32,000 nucleotides of DNA from positions 2,640,001 through 2,672,000 of the forward strand of contig NZ_CP066019.1 in assembly GCF_016127575.1 (NCBI RefSeq), in the 5' to 3' direction. A program made the translations under genes and the position numbers. The notes below the pieces were generated by a model. It saw nothing but the letters and a program-made list of their open reading frames with translations, was not told the origin of the DNA and searched no databases. This stretch comes from Cupriavidus necator. GTDB lineage: Bacteria; Pseudomonadota; Gammaproteobacteria; Burkholderiales; Burkholderiaceae. Below, piece after piece: positions 24,350 to 32,000 of the stretch; position 1 is the first letter of the stretch, and each line of letters starts with the position of its first letter.

Positions 24350-26251
24350 TCAGTTCAGTTTCACCAGGGCGCCCTTGAGCTCGAGCATGCCGCCGCTTTC
24401 CACCGTCTGCGCGGCCGACGCCTTCTGCCGGACCATCATGGCTTCGTTGCTCAGGGTGGTACCGGCCTTGCTGCTCAACGTGGTGCCGGCCTCGCACTGC
24501 AGCGAGGTTCCCGCCTTGAACGCGATCGATCCACCGACCTCGATCACCAGGTTGCCGGCCACCGTGAGCTTGTAGTTGCCGCCAACGTCGTGCGCAAACG
24601 CCGCGCCGCTGGTGTGGGTCTCGTCGCCGTCCGCCTTGACCTGGCGCGTGCCGCTCACCTTGTGTGTTTCATTGCCGGACCGCACTTCGAGCGCAAGGTC
24701 GCCGGCCTTGACCAGGTGCGATTCGCCGCCCGCCTCCACCATGGTGGACAAGGTGTCTGCCACCGAAACCGTCATGGCGCGCTGGGCGCGCAGGAACAGC
24801 TCCTCGGCACCAGCCTTGTCTTCCATGCGCAGCTCATTGCCGGCCGACCCGCCCTTCGATGCGCGCGAACGGATCACGCTCTGCGTCTGCATGGCGGGCA
24901 GCGGCACCGGTACGCCGGACTGGCCGTTGTAGACGCTGCCGGTCACCAGCGGCCGGTCCGGGTCGCCATCGACATAGCTGACCACCACCTCCTGCCCCAT
25001 GCGCGGCAGGAACAGGTGGCCCCAGCCGGCGCCGGCCCAGGCCTGCGCCACGCGGACCCAGCATGAGCTGTCCTGGTTGGCGCCGGGCGCACGGTCCCAG
25101 TGGAACTTCAGCTTGATACGGCCATGCGCATCGGTCCAGATCTCTTCGCCCTGGGACCCGGCCACGGTCGCGGTGTGCGTGCCGGCGACCAGCGGCCGCG
25201 GCGTGCTGAGCGGCGCGCGGAATGGCACCGACAGCGGCAACACCGACACGGTATTGCCATAGGCATCACCGCTCCAGGCATGCTCCACCGCGCGCACCAC
25301 GTAGGCGATATCGAGCGCGGGATCGACGTGGCCGTGCAGCGTGAAGCGGATGCCCGCGGCCAGGTGGTGGCACGCGCTCTCGCCCATGCCCGTCTGCGCC
25401 TGGGCCTGCTGCGCGCCGGCCCGGATCGCGGCCTTGCGGCTGGCGTCGGCGGCATCCTTGTGCCGGCCGGGAAACACGTACTGCTGCGCCACCGGCGCCG
25501 CGCCGGCCTGGGCGGTGCCCTGCGAGGTCCGGGCCTGCAGGTAGTCGTAGTCGGCCAGAACCTGCGTCGCGGCGCCAAGCTGGCGCGCCATGCCGAAGGC
25601 GAGCATCCGTGCCGCGCCGGCCTGCGGGCGCTCCATGTCGTGCATCGCCAGGTCGGCGCAGTGCGCGCCGGGCGGGTGGGCCGACGGGCTGTCGGCCAGC
25701 ACCATGGTGTGCGCGCCGTCCGCGAACGTGAAGAAGTAGAAGATGCCTTCCTCCTCCATCAGCCGCGAGATGAAGTCGAACGGGCTTTCGTCGTACTGCA
25801 CACAGTACTCGCGCATCGGGTAGCGCGTTTCCGTGATGCGGGCCTCGAACGCCACGTCGAAGGACTGCAGCACGCGGCGGATGATCTGCGGCGCGGACAG
25901 GTTCTGGTAGATGGCGCGGTCGCGCCCGAGGGTCAGCAGCCACAGCCGCGGCGCCAGTTCCGCGGTGTAGAAGCCATGGTTGTGGTCGGCGCCGGCGTGG
26001 GCAAAGCGCGTGACGATGCCGTTCAGGTAGCGGGGCGCGCCGCCCGGGTGCTGCAGCGTGACGGTGAGGCGCTGGCCCACGATGCGGCCCGCGTCGAGCG
26101 CCTTGTCCGCCGAGCGCATGCGCAGGCTGAAGCGGAACAGCTCGGACAGCGCCTCGCGCCCGGCAAAGCCGTCGAGCAGCAGCACGTCGCCGCCAAACGG
26201 CGTGGCCAGGGTCGCGAAGCTGCCGGCCTGGGTGGCCTGTGTCGGGATCAT
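24350..26251 (-). CDS. vgrG: Type VI secretion spike protein VgrG (633 aa, no C-terminal effector extension)
   Basis: LSELFRFSLRMRS at the N-terminus. gp27/gp5 core with PRMGQEVVVSYVDGDPDRPLVTGSVYNG. C-terminal beta-helix repeats end in LELKGALVKLN. Confidence 0.92.
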   Translation of the reverse strand: MIPTQATQAGSFATLATPFGGDVLLLDGFAGREALSELFRFSLRMRSADKALDAGRIVGQRLTVTLQHPGGAPRYLNGIVTRFAHAGADHNHGFYTAELAPRLWLLTLGRDRAIYQNLSAPQIIRRVLQSFDVAFEARITETRYPMREYCVQYDESPFDFISRLMEEEGIFYFFTFADGAHTMVLADSPSAHPPGAHCADLAMHDMERPQAGAARMLAFGMARQLGAATQVLADYDYLQARTSQGTAQAGAAPVAQQYVFPGRHKDAADASRKAAIRAGAQQAQAQTGMGESACHHLAAGIRFTLHGHVDPALDIAYVVRAVEHAWSGDAYGNTVSVLPLSVPFRAPLSTPRPLVAGTHTATVAGSQGEEIWTDAHGRIKLKFHWDRAPGANQDSSCWVRVAQAWAGAGWGHLFLPRMGQEVVVSYVDGDPDRPLVTGSVYNGQSGVPVPLPAMQTQSVIRSRASKGGSAGNELRMEDKAGAEELFLRAQRAMTVSVADTLSTMVEAGGESHLVKAGDLALEVRSGNETHKVSGTRQVKADGDETHTSGAAFAHDVGGNYKLTVAGNLVIEVGGSIAFKAGTSLQCEAGTTLSSKAGTTLSNEAMMVRQKASAAQTVESGGMLELKGALVKLN

Positions 26252-26254
26252 GCG

Positions 26255-28975
26255 TCAGCACCCCGCTTGCGGCAGGAAGCGGAACGCCACCCCGCCGCCG
26301 GTGTCGAGCGAGAGATGCACGCCGCCGAACGGCTCCGAGATCGACAGCTGCTCCAGCACGCGCCGCGCCAGTTCCGGCAGCACCGACTGGGTCAGGATAT
26401 GGTCGACATTGCGCGCGCCGCTGTCGACCTCGGTGCAGCGCTGCGTGATCGCCTGCGCCAGCGCCTCGTCCCAGCTCAGGCGCGCGTTGTGGTTGCGCGC
26501 AAAGCGCTGCGCCAGCCGCGCCAGCTTGAGGTCGACGATATTGCGGATCTGCGCATCGCCCAGGTGGTAGTACGGCACCAGCACCAGGCGCGCCAGGAAC
26601 GCCGGGCTGAACTGCCTGAGCAGCGCCGGGCGCAGCTTCTCGACCAGTTCCTGCGGCGGCGGGCGCCGGCCGCCGCGCGAGGCCTCGGTGATCACGTCCT
26701 GCGCCGCGTTCGAGGTCAGCAGGATCACCGTGTTGCGGAAATCGATCGGCACGCCTTCGCCGTCTTCCATCACGCCCTTGTCGAAGACCTGGAAGAACAG
26801 CTCCAGCACGTCGGGATGCGCCTTCTCCATCTCGTCGAGCAGCACCACGCTGTACGGGCGGCGGCGCACCGCCTCGGTCAGCACGCCACCCCGGCCGTAA
26901 CCGACATAGCCCGGCGGCGCGCCCTTCAGGCCCGACACGCTGTGGGCCTCCTGGAACTCCGACATGTTGACCGTGATCATGTTGCGTTCGCCGCCGTAGA
27001 GCAGGTCGGCCAGCGCATGCGCGGTCTCGGTCTTGCCGACGCCGCTCGGGCCGACCAGCAGGAACACGCCGACCGGCTTGCCCGGGTCATCGAGATCGGC
27101 GCGGAACGTGCGGATGCGGCGCGCGATCGCGTCGAGGGCCTCGTCCTGGCCCACCACGCGCTCGCCGAGCTTGTCCTGGAGGTACAGCACCGTGTGCAGT
27201 TCGTCGGCCAGCATGCGGCCGACCGGGACACCGGTCCATCCCGAAATGACCTCGGCCACTGCGGCCGAGTCCACGCATACCGGCACCATCGGCTCATCGT
27301 TCTGCACCGCCTCCAGGCCTTTTTCCAGGCGCGCGAGACTGGCGCCAAGCGACTCCGCGCTGTCGGCGTTGTCGTCGTCCTCATGCCTCGCCACACCGTC
27401 GGCACCGGCCTCGGCCTGGCTCTCCTTCTCGAGGAACGCCGCGATCCGGCGGCGCCAGGCCAGGATTTCCTCGACGGCCAGCTTCTCGGTGGCGAGCTTG
27501 TCGCTGAGCCGCGCGTGCTGCGCCCGGGCTTCGTCGCGCTGGCGCGTGACGGCAGCGATTTCGTCGGCGCGCCCGGTGCCGGTGGCCGCCTCATGGCGCA
27601 GGATGCGCAGCTGGTTCTCGGCGCTTTCGATCGAGCGCCCAAGCGCTTCGATCGCCTCGGGCACGCCGCTCTGCGCGGCCGCCACGCGGGCGCAGGCGGT
27701 GTCGAGCACGCTGATGGCCTTGTCGGGCAACTGCCGGCCCGAGACATAGCGGTGCGAAAGCTTGACCGCGTCGCGCACGGCGTCGTCGAGGATCTCCACG
27801 CCGTGGTGCGCTTCAAGCTTGCGCACCATGCCGCGCAGCATGTCCACGGCCGCGGCCTCGGCCGGCTCGTCCACCTTGACGATCTGGAAGCGGCGCGCGA
27901 GCGCTGGGTCGCGCTCGATGTACTTCTTGTACTCGGCCCAGGTGGTCGCGGCAATGGTGCGCAACTCGCCGCGCGCCAGCGCGGGCTTGAGCAGGTTGGC
28001 GGCATCGCCCTGCCCTTCGCTGCCGCCGGCGCCAATCAGCTGGTGCGCTTCGTCGATAAACAGGATCACCGGCACCGGCGAGGCCGCCACCTCGGCGATC
28101 ACGGACTTGAGCCGGTTCTCGAACTCGCCCTTGACGCCGGCGCCGGCCTGCAGCAACGCCAGGTCCAGCGAGCGCACCGACACTTGGCGCAGCGCCGGCG
28201 GCACGTCGCCGGAGACGATGCGCTGGGCAAAGCCTTCGACCACCGCGGTCTTGCCCACGCCGGCCTCGCCGGTCAGGATCGGGTTGTTCTGGCGGCGGCG
28301 CAGCAGCACATCGATCAGTTGCCGGATTTCACTGTCGCGCCCGCGCACCGGATCGATCGCTCCGGCTCGCGCCAGCGCCGTCAGGTCGACAGTGAACTGC
28401 TCCAGCGCCGATGCCTGCCCGCTGCCGGGTCCGCGCTGCGGCATGCCGAACGCTGGCGTGGCCGCCGCTGCCGGGATTGCATCGGTTCCGGGCCCGCCGC
28501 CAACGGCGGATGCCCCCAGCAGCGCGGGCAGGGCCTCGCGCAGCGCCGCACGCGGAATCCGCAGCAGCGCCGGCGCCGATTCCAGCAGCATGCCGCGCAG
28601 GCTTTCCACCTCCAGCAGTGCCAGCAGCAGCGTGCCGGCGCGCACTTGCTGCTCGCCGAGCAGCATCGAACTGAGCAGCCAGGCCTCCTGGAACAGCGGC
28701 GAGAAGTTAGGCGACAGCGCCGGCGTGCGGCCGTTGCCGCGCTTGAAGCCGTCGATCGCCTTCTGCAGCTGCGACACCACCTGCGCGGGCGCCAGGTCGA
28801 AGTGCGCGAGGATCGCCTGCAGGTCCGTGGCGCCGCCTTCCAGCAATTGCAGCAGCAGGTGCTCGACGTCGACGCTGTAGTGCGTCTGCCGGACGCAAAG
28901 CTGGGCGGCCTGCTCCATCGCGTGCCGGCACTCGGGATTGAGGCGGCTGAGCAGCGTGCGGATATCGATGTCCAT
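26255..28975 (-). CDS. tssH: Type VI secretion AAA+ ATPase TssH (ClpV)
   Basis: Clp N-domain. Two Walker A motifs, GEAGVGKTA and GPSGVGKTE. ClpB-like middle region. 906 aa, located between tssG and vgrG. Confidence 0.93.
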   Translation of the reverse strand: MDIDIRTLLSRLNPECRHAMEQAAQLCVRQTHYSVDVEHLLLQLLEGGATDLQAILAHFDLAPAQVVSQLQKAIDGFKRGNGRTPALSPNFSPLFQEAWLLSSMLLGEQQVRAGTLLLALLEVESLRGMLLESAPALLRIPRAALREALPALLGASAVGGGPGTDAIPAAAATPAFGMPQRGPGSGQASALEQFTVDLTALARAGAIDPVRGRDSEIRQLIDVLLRRRQNNPILTGEAGVGKTAVVEGFAQRIVSGDVPPALRQVSVRSLDLALLQAGAGVKGEFENRLKSVIAEVAASPVPVILFIDEAHQLIGAGGSEGQGDAANLLKPALARGELRTIAATTWAEYKKYIERDPALARRFQIVKVDEPAEAAAVDMLRGMVRKLEAHHGVEILDDAVRDAVKLSHRYVSGRQLPDKAISVLDTACARVAAAQSGVPEAIEALGRSIESAENQLRILRHEAATGTGRADEIAAVTRQRDEARAQHARLSDKLATEKLAVEEILAWRRRIAAFLEKESQAEAGADGVARHEDDDNADSAESLGASLARLEKGLEAVQNDEPMVPVCVDSAAVAEVISGWTGVPVGRMLADELHTVLYLQDKLGERVVGQDEALDAIARRIRTFRADLDDPGKPVGVFLLVGPSGVGKTETAHALADLLYGGERNMITVNMSEFQEAHSVSGLKGAPPGYVGYGRGGVLTEAVRRRPYSVVLLDEMEKAHPDVLELFFQVFDKGVMEDGEGVPIDFRNTVILLTSNAAQDVITEASRGGRRPPPQELVEKLRPALLRQFSPAFLARLVLVPYYHLGDAQIRNIVDLKLARLAQRFARNHNARLSWDEALAQAITQRCTEVDSGARNVDHILTQSVLPELARRVLEQLSISEPFGGVHLSLDTGGGVAFRFLPQAGC

Positions 28976-28986
28976 GTTTGTGCCGG

Positions 28987-30033
28987 TCAGGATGCGTGCG
29001 CTCGCAACGCCAGTTGCACCGGCGCGGGCCGTGCCTGGGCGCCGCCGGCCAGCCAGGCGGTCCAGCCCAGGCGCGCACCGAGCCCCAGCCCCGCGGGCTG
29101 GCGCGTGCCGAGATGGAGCGCGAGCCGCACATCGAGCGGTTGCGGCACATAGGCGCGCACCAGCGCCGCGACCAGCGCGTGGTCGCGCCCGCCGGGCAGC
29201 AAGGCCCGCAGGCGCTCGGCTCCGGGCACCTGCACATCAAGCCGGATGCCGGCGGCCTGGTCCCAGGTGCGCCGCCCCAGCACCGCACCGCCGCCGAGCG
29301 TGATACCCCCGGCTGCACCGCGTCCGCCGAGCCGCACGGCATCGCTGGCTTCAACCGGCAGCCAGCCGCCGAGACACTGCGTCCCGCTCACGCCCAGGCC
29401 GAGACGGTCCCCCAGCATGGCCAGCAACCCCGCCATCGAACGCGGCGCCGCGCCCAGCAGCCCGGCATGGCGCAGCCACGGCGCCGCGCCGGCGGGTGCA
29501 TTGGCGGTTGAGGGCCCACGCTGCAAGCCGAGGTTGCTGAGCGCATCCAGGCACGCCGCCAGCGTGCCGCCGGTCGGGCGCTGGCCGCCCAGTGCGGGCG
29601 AGTGCTTGCGCCGGCCGCGATACAGGAAGGACAGGAAGCGGTGATTGAAGCTGTCGAGCAGGTCGCCCATCGCGGGGTCGCGCGCGGCGCGGCGTTCGAG
29701 CAGCATCTCGGTGTATGCGAGCGGCAGCGGCCCGCCTGCCCCCGCCAGCGACATCACGGGCGTCGTCAGCGTGAACGGGCGCCCGCCCCGGCCAGCGCCT
29801 TCAGCGGACGCGTGCACCGCGCCGATGTCGCGCGGCTGGAAGGCCAGCGAGACCAGTCCGCGCAGGCGCACCGCCTCCCCGGCGCCATTGCCGCGGCCGA
29901 CCGGCTGAGCCCCCGGCACCGCGCGTTCGATCAGGCTGATGGCCTGGAACAGGTCGAAGCCGGCCGGGTTGGACGCCAGGCGGTCGATCAAAGCAGCTGC
30001 TGGCTGCCCGTCATCGCGGGCCATTGCTTCCAT
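28987..30033 (-). CDS. tssG: Type VI secretion baseplate subunit TssG
   Basis: N-terminal FDLFQAISLIER motif typical of TssG. 348 aa. The start overlaps the tssF 3' end, with an alternative start at 30024. Confidence 0.88.
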   Translation of the reverse strand: MEAMARDDGQPAAALIDRLASNPAGFDLFQAISLIERAVPGAQPVGRGNGAGEAVRLRGLVSLAFQPRDIGAVHASAEGAGRGGRPFTLTTPVMSLAGAGGPLPLAYTEMLLERRAARDPAMGDLLDSFNHRFLSFLYRGRRKHSPALGGQRPTGGTLAACLDALSNLGLQRGPSTANAPAGAAPWLRHAGLLGAAPRSMAGLLAMLGDRLGLGVSGTQCLGGWLPVEASDAVRLGGRGAAGGITLGGGAVLGRRTWDQAAGIRLDVQVPGAERLRALLPGGRDHALVAALVRAYVPQPLDVRLALHLGTRQPAGLGLGARLGWTAWLAGGAQARPAPVQLALRAHAS

Positions 30034-31763
30034 ATCTCGTCTCCGCGGCGCACGACCAGCCGCACGAAGGAATTGACTGAGGCATACAGCGCAAGGAAGC
30101 GCGCCAGCACCGCTCCCAGCAGCAGCGGCGAGCCGCCGACAAAGGCATCGGGATCGAACTCGATCGAGACCTCGGTGCCACGGCAGTAGCCGCGCCAGGC
30201 CTCGGTGCCCACGTGCGCGGCCGCGCCGCGCGCGCGCACGCTGCGGATGCCCCGCACCTGGTCCTGCTGGCGGTGGCCGTCGCCCGCGAACAGCCGCAGC
30301 ATCTGCTGCACCTCATGGCGCCCGGTGCCACCGCCGGCCAGGGTGCCGTGGTGCAGCGTCAGCAGCGAGATCAGCGGCCACAAGGTCTCGCTGCCCATGG
30401 GCGGATTGCGCTGCACGGTCGGCTCATAGAGGCAGCGCACCTGCGCGTACTGCGACACATCCTCCAGCACCATGCGCGCACCCACCGGCACCTGCTCCGC
30501 GAGCCGGCGATTGGTGCACAGCACGTTGGCGTACGCCACGGGTGCCGCCGGCAGGCGCTGCACGTTGCCCGCATCGATGAAGCTGAGATACATGTCGGTG
30601 CCGGACAGGTTGGCCCGCAAGGTCGGCTCGCGGCGCGCGTGCCAGAACAGCTCGCCTTCGGCCGGGTCGTCGGTGGCCGCCGCGAACGGCGGCACCGCCA
30701 GCGAGCGGTCGCTGGCCGGATCCGACAGCACCACCGACCGGATCGAATGGATCTCGGTCATCGCCTCGCGGCGCTGGTCTGCCACCAGCCGGTACTCATA
30801 GTGCCGGTGGTCGATCATGATGGGCTCGCTGGTCTGCGAGAACAGGTTGATCGCCGGCACGCAGCCAAGCCGGAACATGCCGGCATGCAGCCGGCCCAGC
30901 CCGGGTGCGCTGCGCTGCAGGCGCAGCACCACGTCGCAGCTGCGGCCCTTGCCGAGCCGGCCGGCGGGCAGGTCCAGGTCGAAGAAGTGAAACTTGCGCG
31001 CGAAGGCGAAATACTCCTGCATCAGCCCGTAGGCCGGCTGCGCATGCGGCGGCTGCGGCAGCACGTTCTCGCCGGGGCCGTAGCCGGCCTCGCGCCACGC
31101 GCTGGCGGGCAGCCACGCCGGCGGGCCATCTGGCGGCTCGACGCTGACGCCGGCCACGCTGGTGACCAGCAGTTCATACAACGGCACGGTCACCATCCAG
31201 TCGCCGTGCAGATGGATGCGCAGCGTTCCCAGTTCGAGCTCGGAGAAATCGACGCCGTCGGCGCATTCAAGCGTCAGCCGCAGGCCGTTGTCATCGGTCA
31301 TGCGCGCGTGCGTGACCGCCAGCGGCCACAGCGTCGTGTCCCACGCCGTGCGAAAGCGGCACATCTCGCCGCCCTCGGTGCATGCATGCAGGCCGGTGTG
31401 GCGCGGCACGGCGTAGCCGGCGGTCACCTTGCCCTGGGCCGCGTCGAGATCGAACTGCACCACCGTCATCGACGGCACCGGCTGCACCAGCGACGGGCAC
31501 ACGTTCTCCAGCAGCGCCGCGGCAACTTGCGGGAACACCTGGTCCAGGTCGCGATGCACGCGCGCCGCCAGATAGGCGGTGGCTTCGATCAGGCGCTCGG
31601 TATGCGGGTCGAGCGATTCGGTGCCATGCAGCGCAATGCGCGCGGCCACGTTGGGATAGCGCTCGGCAAACGCGGCGCCTTCCGTGCGCAGGTAGGCAAG
31701 CTCGCGCTTGTAGTACGGCAGGATGCCGCCGTCGCCGGCACCGTCTGCGATGCCCTCAGCCAT
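29988..31763 (-). CDS. tssF: Type VI secretion baseplate subunit TssF
   Basis: ILPYYKRELAYLRTEGAAFAERYPNVAARI is the hallmark TssF N-terminus. 591 aa. There is an 8-nt overlap with the tssE stop. Confidence 0.92.
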   Translation of the reverse strand: MAEGIADGAGDGGILPYYKRELAYLRTEGAAFAERYPNVAARIALHGTESLDPHTERLIEATAYLAARVHRDLDQVFPQVAAALLENVCPSLVQPVPSMTVVQFDLDAAQGKVTAGYAVPRHTGLHACTEGGEMCRFRTAWDTTLWPLAVTHARMTDDNGLRLTLECADGVDFSELELGTLRIHLHGDWMVTVPLYELLVTSVAGVSVEPPDGPPAWLPASAWREAGYGPGENVLPQPPHAQPAYGLMQEYFAFARKFHFFDLDLPAGRLGKGRSCDVVLRLQRSAPGLGRLHAGMFRLGCVPAINLFSQTSEPIMIDHRHYEYRLVADQRREAMTEIHSIRSVVLSDPASDRSLAVPPFAAATDDPAEGELFWHARREPTLRANLSGTDMYLSFIDAGNVQRLPAAPVAYANVLCTNRRLAEQVPVGARMVLEDVSQYAQVRCLYEPTVQRNPPMGSETLWPLISLLTLHHGTLAGGGTGRHEVQQMLRLFAGDGHRQQDQVRGIRSVRARGAAAHVGTEAWRGYCRGTEVSIEFDPDAFVGGSPLLLGAVLARFLALYASVNSFVRLVVRRGDEIWKQWPAMTGSQQLL

Positions 31764-32000
31764 GATCGCCCCAGCGCGGGTCAGCGGCCTGGCCTGCCGC
31801 GGCGAGCTCGAACGCCACGCGCACCGGCGCGGCGCCCAGCGGCAACTCGCCGTCGATCACCAGGACCGGGCGCGGGGTGTCGCGCTCGGCAAAGCGTACG
31901 CGCGCCTGGCGCAGGCGCGGCTCGAACATCGCGATCGCATGCGCAACCAGCGCCGCAATCGCGTCGCAGTCCGGCACCGACTGGAACGAGCGGAAGGAGA
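31756..32000 (-). CDS. tssE: Type VI secretion baseplate subunit TssE (gp25-like), C-terminal part; the 5' end lies outside the window
   Basis: The frame is open to the window edge (SFRSFQSVPDCDAIAALVAHAIAMFEPRLRQARV), a GPW/gp25-type sequence directly upstream of tssF. Confidence 0.8.
   Translation of the reverse strand, partial: SFRSFQSVPDCDAIAALVAHAIAMFEPRLRQARVRFAERDTPRPVLVIDGELPLGAAPVRVAFELAAAGQAADPRWGDHG

Noticed and set aside
25100-29152. Very long plus-strand ORFs: 1350 aa at 25100-29152, 1053 aa at 11990-15151, 972 aa at 9066-11984, 686 aa at 2643-4703, and 755 aa at 5411-7678.
   Set aside because: They lie antisense to strongly recognisable genes (clpV/vgrG, tssM, tssA, czcA, czcBC). 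Their translations are Arg/Ala/Gly/His/Gln-rich low-complexity sequence, typical of stop-codon-poor shadow frames in high-GC DNA. None has a motif, a Shine-Dalgarno context or a sensible boundary.
1-32000. A search for CRISPR arrays, tRNA/rRNA genes, IS elements, integrases, long direct or inverted repeats, and phage genes.
   Set aside because: I found none by eye. Intergenic space totals only about 1 kb and consists of short spacers. The only DNA-level repeat of note is the 39-bp tandem duplication at 8066-8143.

Overview
This is a high-GC (roughly 67-68% by eye) betaproteobacterial segment. It looks Cupriavidus/Ralstonia-like, inferred from the near-CzcA sequence and composition. It is very compact, and all but one gene lie on the minus strand.

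Gene content from left to right:
- A truncated ABM-fold gene and a short cytochrome P450 (1-1314).
- A heavy-metal RND efflux operon: czcI-like, czcC, czcB, czcA (1470-7694).
- The only plus-strand gene, a small secreted repeat protein (7980-8324), followed by a bidirectional terminator.
- An ECF sigma factor with a 68-aa soluble zinc-type (HxxxCxxC) anti-sigma factor (8377-9219).
- A low-GC orphan ORF of about 387 aa (9306-10469).
- A type VI secretion (T6SS) cluster from 10530 to the window edge, in transcription order: tssE(partial)-tssF-tssG-tssH/clpV-vgrG-[MORN-repeat protein, DUF4280 PAAR-like protein, small membrane protein]-[periplasmic amino-acid-binding protein, DAACS symporter, aspartate racemase, DAACS symporter]-tssJ-tssK-tssL-tssM-tssA. 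tssB, tssC and hcp are not in the window.

The most interesting points:
- A translationally coupled aspartate-racemase/transport module sits inside the T6SS core operon.
- Both symporters in that module lack the family's NMDGT motif.
- The three genes after vgrG carry no recognisable toxin domain.
- A compositionally foreign ORF of unknown function sits at the tssA end.
- TssM has a degenerate P-loop.

I recognised no rRNA, tRNA, CRISPR array, IS element or integrase. Family assignments come from motif recognition by eye, not from database searches.
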